Part shown: piece by piece, positions 9,363 through 17,678 of the stretch
Position numbering within the stretch: position 1 is the stretch's first letter
How the letters are laid out: the number at the start of each line of letters is the position of its first letter
Origin: Planctomycetota bacterium
GTDB taxonomy: Bacteria > Planctomycetota > Brocadiia > JAADGH01
Assembly: GCA_040755855.1 (NCBI GenBank)
Contig: JBFMAD010000002.1
Coordinates: 32,001 to 96,000, forward strand
DNA length: 64,000 nucleotides
Direction of reading: 5' to 3'
Notes under the pieces: model-generated
What the model was told of the DNA's origin: nothing
What the model saw: the letters and a program-made list of their open reading frames with translations, nothing else
Databases searched by the model: none
Made by a program: the position numbers and the translations under genes

Positions 9363-9896
9363 ATGCAGGACGCCGTGCGTTGGATCATGTGTGTCATGGT
9401 CGTGTTTCTCGCGGCAAGCGTCGCCCTTGCGGACGGAACTTGCGCCAAGTGCAGGGAGAAGGTCGAGTCGGAGCGGTGGAATTTCTGCCCGTACTGCGGG
9501 ATGAAGCTGGGCCAGACGGAGGGCGGCCCCCCGGCGGCGGGCCTGCCGTCGCCGCGGGAGGGATATGAGCCGGTCAGTTGGGACAAGGTCCGGTTTGAGA
9601 AGAAGAAGTATCACAATCGGAAGGTGAAACTCACCGTTCGCTACACGGGGATCGGCCACTTTTTCGCCCCAGCGGAGGCGATGGGGGTTACGGATGCGAA
9701 CTTCATTAACTTTTCGTTCATGGGGAATCGGACGAACTATGTGGACACGAAGAAGACGCAGCTTGTCGAAAAACTGAAGGGCCTCCGGCCCTATGCCACG
9801 CTCATCATCTACGGTCTCATCAAGGTCCAGGAGGACGTCTACGGTCGGGGAGACGACGTATATGTAGTGCTTGTGGATGATCTGGACGTCGAGTAG
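9363..9896 (+). CDS. Exported protein with zinc ribbon and probable OB-fold
   Basis: Signal peptide; CAKC...FCPYCG; beta-rich C-terminus. Confidence 0.6.
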   Translation: MQDAVRWIMCVMVVFLAASVALADGTCAKCREKVESERWNFCPYCGMKLGQTEGGPPAAGLPSPREGYEPVSWDKVRFEKKKYHNRKVKLTVRYTGIGHFFAPAEAMGVTDANFINFSFMGNRTNYVDTKKTQLVEKLKGLRPYATLIIYGLIKVQEDVYGRGDDVYVVLVDDLDVE

Positions 9897-9907
9897 CGCG
9901 GGGGCCG

Positions 9908-10747
9908 TCAGCGCGCGTGCGCCGGGTGGGGGGATTTTCGCTTGAAGGCGCAGACTTCCGTGAACTTGCCGGGCTCAATCTTCACCGTCCAGTCGTCCAC
10001 GATTCGGTGGACGAGGTTCAGCCCCGATCCCTGCGAGGGGGCTTTGCCCTCTTCGGGGGTTTGGCGGTACTTCTGGTAATCGAAGGGTCTGCCGCAGTGG
10101 TCTCGCACGCAGAGGGCGATGGCGTCGGGGCCGACGAGCACGCGCGCGTGAATCCGCGAGGCGCCGTATGAATCGGAGCCGTGATGGAGGGCGTTGCTGA
10201 AGATTTCGTCGGCGACGATCTTTATCATGTGGCAGTCGAACTCCTCGAAACCGGCCTCCTCTGCGAGTTTTTCGCAGGCGTCGCGGAAGTGGGCGACGTA
10301 GGAAAACCGGGCGGGGAAGGTGAACTGCACGATGTCTGCGTTCTGAATATCGGGAAGGCTAAGCGGCTCGGACTCGACCTCGGCGGGGAGTTCATCGGCG
10401 GGGTCGAGCCGGTTGCTCTTGATGAATTCCTCGATGGCCTCGCGGTCGCCGTCGGCAAGGGTCCGGAATTTGCACATAAAGACCAGATCATAGCCGCTGA
10501 GGAAGGAGGGTTCGGAGGCAACGGCCTCGGCCTCAAATGGGCCAATGCTGCCTTCCCCGCCGCTGGCGGTGACCTGCATTTGTGTGCCGGGAGGGGCGAC
10601 GTCCAGATCGGAGGAAGCGAGAAAGCCGCAGAGGCCTGTGGTGCTTACGTCGCGGACGATTCCGTTGAAGGAACGGCCGTCCTCCAGCGAGACGAGCAAA
10701 TCCGCGTTGCATCGAAGCCGACGCAATGCCTTACTTCTTGGCAGCAT
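9908..10747 (-). CDS. PilZ-domain / RsbW-like anti-sigma factor kinase fusion
   Basis: N-terminal Arg-rich segment plus DVSTTG (PilZ DxSxxG); C-terminal GHKL motifs DEIFSNALHHG, VRDHCG, GSGLNLV. Confidence 0.75.
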   Translation of the reverse strand: MLPRSKALRRLRCNADLLVSLEDGRSFNGIVRDVSTTGLCGFLASSDLDVAPPGTQMQVTASGGEGSIGPFEAEAVASEPSFLSGYDLVFMCKFRTLADGDREAIEEFIKSNRLDPADELPAEVESEPLSLPDIQNADIVQFTFPARFSYVAHFRDACEKLAEEAGFEEFDCHMIKIVADEIFSNALHHGSDSYGASRIHARVLVGPDAIALCVRDHCGRPFDYQKYRQTPEEGKAPSQGSGLNLVHRIVDDWTVKIEPGKFTEVCAFKRKSPHPAHAR

Positions 10748-10780
10748 GTGCGCACTTCTCCGTTACGACAAACCCACCGG

Positions 10781-11134
10781 TTATTGCTGGCCCTGCGCGG
10801 CCAGGGCTTCGGCTTCCGAGTCATACACAGGCACGAAATAGTGTCCGCCAAGCAGCTCGAAGACGCCGCGAACGTAGGGGTGCATTCCCGCGAAGCACAG
10901 CTTCTTTCCGGATTCCTTTACGGAATGGCTGATCGAGATGATCTCGCCCACGCCCGCGCTGTTGATGTAATCAACGCCGGACATTGACAGGAGAAAGAGC
11001 TCCTTGTCGCTGGACGTGATGACACTTGCGATGTACTCCAGGTCCTTCGAGGAGTCCATCGTGCCGGTGATCTCAAAGATCAAGGCCGGGGGGGATTGAA
11101 TTTCCCTGACGCTGACTGTTACGTTTGCGCTCAT
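10781..11134 (-). CDS. STAS-domain anti-sigma factor antagonist (RsbV/SpoIIAA-like)
   Basis: VDYINSAGVG with phospho-acceptor Ser; 117 aa. Confidence 0.88.
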   Translation of the reverse strand: MSANVTVSVREIQSPPALIFEITGTMDSSKDLEYIASVITSSDKELFLLSMSGVDYINSAGVGEIISISHSVKESGKKLCFAGMHPYVRGVFELLGGHYFVPVYDSEAEALAAQGQQ

Positions 11135-11154
11135 GGCTTCAGACGTTTACCCGT

Positions 11155-11733
11155 TTACTTGTTCTCTTCTTTGGCCAGCGGATGGTTCTCTTTGATCCAT
11201 TTCGCCACGCCCTTTGCTACCCCCTGGCCTACTGTTTCAGCCTCGTTGAATGTGGTCTTCACGACCCCCCGCACATCCACTCTCCCAATGATGTTCCCCG
11301 ACTCCTTGTCAACCAGCGAGACGCGCGCAATCAGCACGCATTCCCCGCTCATCCCCAGCACGCGCTCATTCACTTCCCCCGGATCGTAGTAAACGACCTC
11401 GCCCTGAACCGCCAGCGTCCCCGCGGGCGGTTGATTCGCCACGGTCGTCGCCACCAGGAACAGCTTCGTCTCCTCAAGATCGGTGGCAATCTCATGCGCA
11501 ATCGAGGTCACGATCGGAGAAGGAGCGAGATGCGGGATCTGCTCCGTGAATGGGAGAACTTCCACATTTTTATACTTCCCCAGGGCCCCCTCAGGCACGA
11601 TCGCCTGAATCTCCTTGAACCGACCCGCCGGCCCATTCGTCCCGCTGTCCCACGACTGCGCGCACCACATCACACACCCGCTCAACGCCATGCACAGCAC
11701 AACAACGGCAGGGACTCGGCTCAGCCTTTTCAT
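11155..11733 (-). CDS. Lipoprotein, DUF4410-like
   Basis: LSGC lipobox; YYDPG...R...G...ARVSLVD pattern. Confidence 0.55.
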   Translation of the reverse strand: MKRLSRVPAVVVLCMALSGCVMWCAQSWDSGTNGPAGRFKEIQAIVPEGALGKYKNVEVLPFTEQIPHLAPSPIVTSIAHEIATDLEETKLFLVATTVANQPPAGTLAVQGEVVYYDPGEVNERVLGMSGECVLIARVSLVDKESGNIIGRVDVRGVVKTTFNEAETVGQGVAKGVAKWIKENHPLAKEENK

Positions 11734-11793
11734 CTTTTCTCTCCCTCCCAATCACCAGACACTTCTTTACACCCCATCTCGAAAGACACGGCG

Positions 11794-11822
11794 ATTATAG
11801 CCTTTTCCCAAAGACCCGTCAA
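11794..11822 (-). promoter_or_regulatory. sigma70-type promoter for the lipoprotein-STAS-kinase operon
   Basis: TTGACG-N17-TATAAT on the minus strand. Confidence 0.7.
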
Positions 11823-12084
11823 GCGAGAATATCAACTTTTTTGCACAATTTCCGCGCCGCGCCCCAAATTGCCGAAAGACCCGTCTACGGACCGCCGGCC
11901 CACGAAAGATCGCGCACGCAACGGCAAAATTGGAGAAACGGAAAATCGCCGAAAACAGCGCTCAGAAGGGTATCCTCCGCTGCTGCACACGTCTTGTCCG
12001 GTTCGCCATAATCTCCGCGAAGGATGGTTCTGCGGAGCAAGCGCCGACGGCGCCGCGCCGCCGCGCCGGGTCATGCTACAAGTC

Positions 12085-12159
12085 TGGAGCCCGCGGTCGG
12101 ACTTGAACCGACAACCTCAGCATTACGAATGCCGTGCTCTACCGTTGAGCCACGCGGGC
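12085..12159 (-). tRNA. tRNA-Thr (CGT)
   Basis: Minus-strand cloverleaf: GCCCGCG acceptor, anticodon arm CGGCA-TTCGTAA-TGCTG, TTCAA T-loop, CCA end. Confidence 0.96.
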
Positions 12160-12181
12160 GCGCGAGCTCCAATACCAGTTA

Positions 12182-13864
12182 TTATATCCTACCCGATCTT
12201 AGAATTGCAAGCACTAACCAGGCCCCCAAGAGCGCCGCGAATAAAAATCCCACGGCGCCCAGCGTCGAAATCTCCGAAATCTGAATCTTGTTCGCAATAA
12301 TCAGCGAAGACCCCACGATCATCGCCGCCAAAATGACGCCCAGCGTCAACCGGTTCCCCGTCCGGTCCAACTCGCGGATGAGATCCTGCAGCCCCTCGTG
12401 GCGAAAGGCCAGCTGCAGCCTCCCCCTAAGCGCCTGCTTCAAAAGCCGGCGAAGGTCGCGGGGCAACTGGCTGGCCAGATTCGACATATGCCACAAACTC
12501 ATGCCGACCGATTTCGCCAACTGCGCCGGGGAGAGCCGCTCCCGGATGAGCGCCGCCGCATGGGGCCGCGCCGCGTCGGCCAGATTGAAATTCGGGTCGA
12601 GCTGCTGCGCCAGCCCCGTCACCGTCACGAACGAGCGCCCCAGGAGCACCAGATCGCGCGGCAGCACGATCCCGTGCCGCCGCACAATGCTCATCACCCG
12701 CGCAAACGCCTCCCGCATGTCTATCTTCTGCACGGGGATGCCGTAGAAGGTCTCGAACAGCTCCGCCAGGTCCGACCGCAGCTCGGACATGTTGCTGTCG
12801 TCGGCGATCACGCCGATGTCGGAGAAGATATCCACCACCACCTCGAAGTTTCGCCTCGACAGCGCGATGAAGAGAGTGGCAAGCTGGGCCTTCAGTTCCG
12901 AATCCAAATACCCCACCAGGCCGAAATCTATGACCCCGAGCCGCCCTTGCTCGTCTATCAGCAGGTTCCCGGGGTGTGGGTCGGCGTGGAACATCCCCAG
13001 CGTGAAAAATTGCTCCATGAATAGCGATGTGATCTGCTCCACCAGCCGTTTCGGATCGGCCCCCATTTCGCGGACGCGCTCGACGCCCGATATGCTCACC
13101 CCCCCAATCCGCTCCAGCGTCAGGACGCTGGAGGTAGTATACTCCCAATAGACGCGGGGGATTCGGATCGAGTCTCGCCCCGCGAAGTGCTCGCAGAACC
13201 GGGCGGTGCTGCTCGCCTCCGTCACGAAGTCCAACTCGCGCCGCATGGATCGGGCGAGCTCCTCCGTGAGCATCACCGGACGGAAGACGGCCAGCTCCGG
13301 CACCGTCTCCGCCCGCTTGGCCGCCATCATGAGTAGGTCAATATCGCTGAAGATAACCTGCTCGATGCCCGGACGCTTCACCTTCACCACCACATCGGTG
13401 CCGTCAATAAGGCGCGCCTTGTGGACCTGACCGAGGGAGCCGGACGCGACGGGCGTCTGGTCGAACTCGGAGAAGTTCTCCCGAATCGGGGCGCCGAGTT
13501 CCCGTTCGACGATCTGCATGGCGAGCTCGCCCTCGAAGGGCAGCACGTTGTCCTGAAGCCGCCTCAACTCGCGGGCGAAGTCCTCGGGAACGATATCCGG
13601 CCGCGTGGAGAGCAACTGGCCGAGCTTGACGAACGTTGGGCCGAGCTCCTCCAGCACGCGCACCACCCGCCGGGCCAGAGTCTCGTCCTCGGCAAGTTCC
13701 TCCGTCGGCGCGGAGGGCTCCCGCACCCGCTTGGGCAGGGGGACAAAGCCCTGCAGGTTGAGCTGATGAACCAGATGGCCGAATCCATGTCGGATCAGTA
13801 TCTGCGCGATCTGGGTCAGCCGCCGCAGCCGGCGCGGCGTCTTGTAGATGCCGGTGATAGACAC
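12182..13864 (-). CDS. AarF/ABC1/UbiB family atypical protein kinase
   Basis: LGPTFVKLGQ, ASGSLGQVH, VVVKVKRP, FHADPHPGN, IDFG; C-terminal TM helices; start uncertain (13864-13879). Confidence 0.9.
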   Translation of the reverse strand: MSITGIYKTPRRLRRLTQIAQILIRHGFGHLVHQLNLQGFVPLPKRVREPSAPTEELAEDETLARRVVRVLEELGPTFVKLGQLLSTRPDIVPEDFARELRRLQDNVLPFEGELAMQIVERELGAPIRENFSEFDQTPVASGSLGQVHKARLIDGTDVVVKVKRPGIEQVIFSDIDLLMMAAKRAETVPELAVFRPVMLTEELARSMRRELDFVTEASSTARFCEHFAGRDSIRIPRVYWEYTTSSVLTLERIGGVSISGVERVREMGADPKRLVEQITSLFMEQFFTLGMFHADPHPGNLLIDEQGRLGVIDFGLVGYLDSELKAQLATLFIALSRRNFEVVVDIFSDIGVIADDSNMSELRSDLAELFETFYGIPVQKIDMREAFARVMSIVRRHGIVLPRDLVLLGRSFVTVTGLAQQLDPNFNLADAARPHAAALIRERLSPAQLAKSVGMSLWHMSNLASQLPRDLRRLLKQALRGRLQLAFRHEGLQDLIRELDRTGNRLTLGVILAAMIVGSSLIIANKIQISEISTLGAVGFLFAALLGAWLVLAILRSGRI

Positions 13865-13907
13865 GCCCTGCGCCTTCAAAAAAACCGCCGATTCGCCCTT
13901 CCGCCGC

Positions 13908-15413
13908 CTATTCGCTCTTGATCTGGTGCAACGCGCGCTGTGCGGCGTCGCGCACATGGACATCATTGTCGGTCAGCGTATTGACGAGGACCGGCATGGA
14001 GGAGTGGTGGCCGATAGCGCCCAGGGCCAAGGCCGCGTGCGCCCGGACCTCGGCCTTGGGGTCCGGGGCCTTGAGCACGCCGTTCAGCGCCTCCGCGGCC
14101 TCCTGGTTGACCTTCTCCCGCATGGTGCGAATCCGCTCCGCGGCGGCTCGAAGCTCCGCATTTTCCTGTTTCAACGCCAGGACGATGCCGGGGATGGGCT
14201 CTCTCGCCCCGATCCTGCCGAGCGACTCGGCGGCGGCCTCGCGCACCTCCCACACGGGATCGCGCAGGGCCTTCACGAGGGCCTGAAAGACGATCCCCCC
14301 GATCTTGTCGCCCATCTTTTGTAGGTCGTCCAGCGCCGTAGTTCGCCTCTCGGCGTCCGCCTTGCGTTCGGCGTCCACATCAGTCAGGTCGGAAAGCTTT
14401 GGCGTCGCCTTCTCGAAGAGCTGAGGGATCGCATCATGATCGTCGCGGTCCCAGACGAGGCGTTCGATGATCTTGCCCAGCAGCCAGGCGGCGGAGGCGC
14501 GGGTGCGCCAGTTGTCGTCGCCCGTGGCCTTGGCGAGGCCGTCGAGGGCCGTGTGGTCGCCGATGGTCGAAAGCAGCGATACGGCCCGCTCGCGGCTCCG
14601 CCAGTTGTCCTCGTTGAGCGTTTCAATCAGGGCGGGAATCGCATCGCGGCCGATGCCCACCAGGCCCTGCGCCGCGGCGGTCTCCACGTCTTCTCGCTCA
14701 TCCTTCAACAGGTGAATCAGGGCGGGCACGGCCGTCTTGTCCCCCACCCCCCCCAGAGCGATGGCAGCGGTGCGTCGAAGCTCGGGATCCTTCTCCTTCA
14801 GCGCCTCCACAAGGGGACCGATCGCCGACGGCGACCCGATCTCTCCCAGGGCCGCGGCGGCGCGCACCCTCACCGCAGGATGGGTATCCTTCAGGGCGCG
14901 GATCAGGGCGGGAGGCGTCTTCTTTTCGATTTCAACGACCATCTCCCTCAGAACATCGAACCAGCGCTGCTCGATCTTCTCGCGCACGTCCTCCGAGAAG
15001 TCGTCTTTCAGCGCCTCCAATGTGGGGGGAAGGACCTCTTCGCGCAGTTCCGTGCGGATCTCCGACCTCAGCGCCTCGATGATCTCCGCAGCGGCGGCCC
15101 GAATCCGCCAGTTCTCGTCTTGCAGCGCGGCGATGATACGGTCCACCTCGGGGGGATACCGCCCCGCTTTGAGCAGGTCGCTCACTACGGTGCGCACATC
15201 GTCGCTGCTGCTCTTGTTCTGGAGCACAGCGAGGAGGTCCTGAAAAGCATACCGGTCCCAGCGCCTGTCGAACAGAACACGTGCGACCTCGTTCGGGTCA
15301 TCCACCCGCTCCTGCGCCGGCGCGACGGCGGCGACCCCAAGCAACGCGCACGCGACGACGCACAGGGCGGCCAGGCGCCTCATCTCCCTCTCCAATGCTC
15401 TGTCGGTGGTCAT
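13908..15413 (-). CDS. HEAT/PBS-lyase repeat protein with signal peptide
   Basis: Many L.D....VR..AA.ALG.IG repeats. Confidence 0.88.
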   Translation of the reverse strand: MTTDRALEREMRRLAALCVVACALLGVAAVAPAQERVDDPNEVARVLFDRRWDRYAFQDLLAVLQNKSSSDDVRTVVSDLLKAGRYPPEVDRIIAALQDENWRIRAAAAEIIEALRSEIRTELREEVLPPTLEALKDDFSEDVREKIEQRWFDVLREMVVEIEKKTPPALIRALKDTHPAVRVRAAAALGEIGSPSAIGPLVEALKEKDPELRRTAAIALGGVGDKTAVPALIHLLKDEREDVETAAAQGLVGIGRDAIPALIETLNEDNWRSRERAVSLLSTIGDHTALDGLAKATGDDNWRTRASAAWLLGKIIERLVWDRDDHDAIPQLFEKATPKLSDLTDVDAERKADAERRTTALDDLQKMGDKIGGIVFQALVKALRDPVWEVREAAAESLGRIGAREPIPGIVLALKQENAELRAAAERIRTMREKVNQEAAEALNGVLKAPDPKAEVRAHAALALGAIGHHSSMPVLVNTLTDNDVHVRDAAQRALHQIKSE

Positions 15414-15419
15414 GCGATT

Positions 15420-16337
15420 TTATTCTCCCAATTCTTGCAACGCCTTTTTGGCGGCGTCGCGCACAAGGACGCTGATGGTCCGCTTCTCATCCGCGCACAT
15501 CTTCAGCGTGGGGACGGCCTTGCGGTCCCCGATCTTTGCCAGGGCCTCAATGATCGCCACGCGGATGGTCGGCGGGGTGTTCTCGGGATCGTACCTCTTG
15601 GACTCTGCGTCCGGGATTCCCCTCGTCAGAAACGAGCACAGCGGGTCCACCGCCCGCTTGCTCTTTATCTTGCCAAGGGCTGTCGCGGCCGCCTTGACCA
15701 GGTCCACATCGTTCGGGTTGATCGCCTTGACCAGGGCGTCGGCGACGGATTCGTCGCCTACCTCCCCCAGCGCCCGGGCGCACGCACGCCGGACAGCCGG
15801 CGGCGTCTCCCTGGCGGACAACATCTGGATCATCTGCGGCGCGCCGGGCCTGCCTGCCTCGCCCAGGAGGCCGAGCGCCATGGCCGCATCGCAGCGCACA
15901 TCTGCTTCGGAGTCGCCAAGGCACTTTGCCAGGGCACCCGCCGCGGTTGCGGCTCGAAGCTTCCCCAGCGCCGTCGCCGCGCACCTGCGCACCCTCGCGT
16001 TCGAGTCCGACAACAGCTCGATGAGTCGGGGAATGGACCCCTGGTCCTTCATCTTCCCCGCCAGCACCGCCGCCATGGCCAGGCCCGTCCCCTGCTTTTC
16101 ACGAAGAGCCTTTCGGATCGCGGAGAGGGCGGCAGGGCCGTAGGCCACAAGGCGATCAACGGCCTCGATGCGGATTTCCTCCAAATCGGAGTCGAGGTCC
16201 TTGATATACCCCCCGATGCGAATCGTTCTCAACAGGAACCAGCCGCCCCCCGCGATAATCGCCAGGGCGATCAAGACGATGAGCGCGATCTTTAATTTTC
16301 CCTGGCCGTCCGATTCCTGGTAACTGCTCTTGACCAT
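15420..16337 (-). CDS. HEAT/PBS-lyase repeat protein with N-terminal membrane anchor
   Basis: GGAGGAGG RBS before ATG 16337; one TM helix followed by HEAT repeats. Confidence 0.88.
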   Translation of the reverse strand: MVKSSYQESDGQGKLKIALIVLIALAIIAGGGWFLLRTIRIGGYIKDLDSDLEEIRIEAVDRLVAYGPAALSAIRKALREKQGTGLAMAAVLAGKMKDQGSIPRLIELLSDSNARVRRCAATALGKLRAATAAGALAKCLGDSEADVRCDAAMALGLLGEAGRPGAPQMIQMLSARETPPAVRRACARALGEVGDESVADALVKAINPNDVDLVKAAATALGKIKSKRAVDPLCSFLTRGIPDAESKRYDPENTPPTIRVAIIEALAKIGDRKAVPTLKMCADEKRTISVLVRDAAKKALQELGE

Positions 16338-16384
16338 CCGTCCTCCTCCCGACCTGCTCAGGCGGGCCATGCCGTGAGGGTGCT

Positions 16385-16413
16385 ATTCTACTCCGTCGGG
16401 TGCAGGCTGTCAA
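16385..16413 (-). promoter_or_regulatory. sigma70-type promoter of the HEAT-HEAT-AarF operon
   Basis: TTGACA-N17-TAGAAT. Confidence 0.65.
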
Positions 16414-16428
16414 TGCCCGATTCGAAAC

Positions 16429-17595
16429 TCAGACAAGTTCCCAAAGGCGCAACTGGGGAGAGGCAGCCGGAGAGCCGGCGCGCTTGCCGTTGATGGTGAG
16501 ATACGCCGCCGCGCGGGAGGCTACGACGCCGACGGCCCGCAAGTCCGCGAGCGAACGAAATCGGCCCTCTTTCCTCGCCTCGAGGATACGCCGGGCCGAG
16601 AGCGGGCCGATGCCGGGCACGCGCAGCAGGCGCCCCCGATCCGCCGTGTTCACCTCGACGGGGAAGCACTCGGGATGGCGGCAGGCCCAGAGCCATTTCG
16701 GGTCGGCCCCGAGGGGCAGGCAGCCGGTTTCATCGAGGGGGATTTCATCCATCTTGAAGCCATACCGTCGAAATAGAAAGTCGCACTGGTAGAGCCGGTG
16801 CTCGCGCATCAGGGGCGTCGGGGCGTGACCCGCCAGGGGCGACCCGGCCACCGGCTGGAACGCGCTGAAGTAGGCCCGGCTCAGGTTCGTCCGCTTGTAG
16901 AGGGCGTCGGTTGTCTTGAGGATTTCTGCGTCACTTTCGCCCGCCGCGCCGACGACGAACTGCGTCGTGTGGCCCTTGGCCTTTGTATCCTTTCGGGCGA
17001 CGAGTCGGCTGATCCATTTCAGCCGCTCGGCCAGGTCGCGGTTGAAATCCTTGTCGGGGCTTATGGCGGCGAGGCGCTTTGCGTTGGGCGCCTCTAAGTT
17101 GATGGAGATTCGGTCGGCCAGCTCGGCGGCGCGCTCGACGCGGTCGTAGCTTGCACCGGGCAGGACCTTCAAGTGGATGAAACCCCTGAAGGCGTGGCGC
17201 CGCCGAATGATCTCCGCCGCAGCCAGCATCCGGTCCATGGTGGTGTTTGCATCGCGCACGATGGCCGAGCTGAGGAAGAGCCCTCGGGCCAGGTCGCGCC
17301 GGTTCAGGTCCATGAAAAGCCCGGCCAGTTCCTCTGGCTGGAAGCTCTCGCGGCGGAAGGCGTTGCTGCACCGGTTGACGCAGTAATGGCAGTTGTTGCT
17401 GCACTCGTTTGACATGAGGACCTTGAGGAGGAGGATCGTCTCGCCGTCGGGCATGGCGGCGGGGTAGATCCATTGCCCCAGTTCCCCCCGGACGCGGTGC
17501 GCGCCGGGGGCGTCTCTGCCGAGGCATTGGTTGGAGCAGCAGAGGTCGTACTGGGCCGACTGGCCGAGAACCTGGATTTTGTCGCGGCGTCTCAT
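16429..17595 (-). CDS. Putative DNA modification/repair radical SAM protein with HhH motif (TIGR03916-like)
   Basis: AQYDLCC start, LLKVLMSNECSNNCHYC, GLFLSS, REHRLYQ, C-terminal LLRVPGIG. Confidence 0.9.
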   Translation of the reverse strand: MRRRDKIQVLGQSAQYDLCCSNQCLGRDAPGAHRVRGELGQWIYPAAMPDGETILLLKVLMSNECSNNCHYCVNRCSNAFRRESFQPEELAGLFMDLNRRDLARGLFLSSAIVRDANTTMDRMLAAAEIIRRRHAFRGFIHLKVLPGASYDRVERAAELADRISINLEAPNAKRLAAISPDKDFNRDLAERLKWISRLVARKDTKAKGHTTQFVVGAAGESDAEILKTTDALYKRTNLSRAYFSAFQPVAGSPLAGHAPTPLMREHRLYQCDFLFRRYGFKMDEIPLDETGCLPLGADPKWLWACRHPECFPVEVNTADRGRLLRVPGIGPLSARRILEARKEGRFRSLADLRAVGVVASRAAAYLTINGKRAGSPAASPQLRLWELV

Positions 17596-17678
17596 GGCGG
17601 AAATTATAACATGGGGGGGTGACAAATAATGATGAGTGGGGAGTGGAGAGTGAAGAAGACTTGCCGTCGCCGAACGGC

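Noticed and set aside
1784..12159. tRNA-anchored genomic island between the two tRNAs
   Set aside because: No integrase or duplicated tRNA 3' end seen; contents are mostly housekeeping genes
11125..12300. 391-aa plus-strand ORF spanning tRNA-Thr
   Set aside because: Antisense to the lipoprotein gene and the tRNA; no coding signal
17634..17654. Three 7-bp GAGTGRR tandem units (also a duplicated AGGTATCA near 1748-1763)
   Set aside because: Too short to distinguish from chance or slippage
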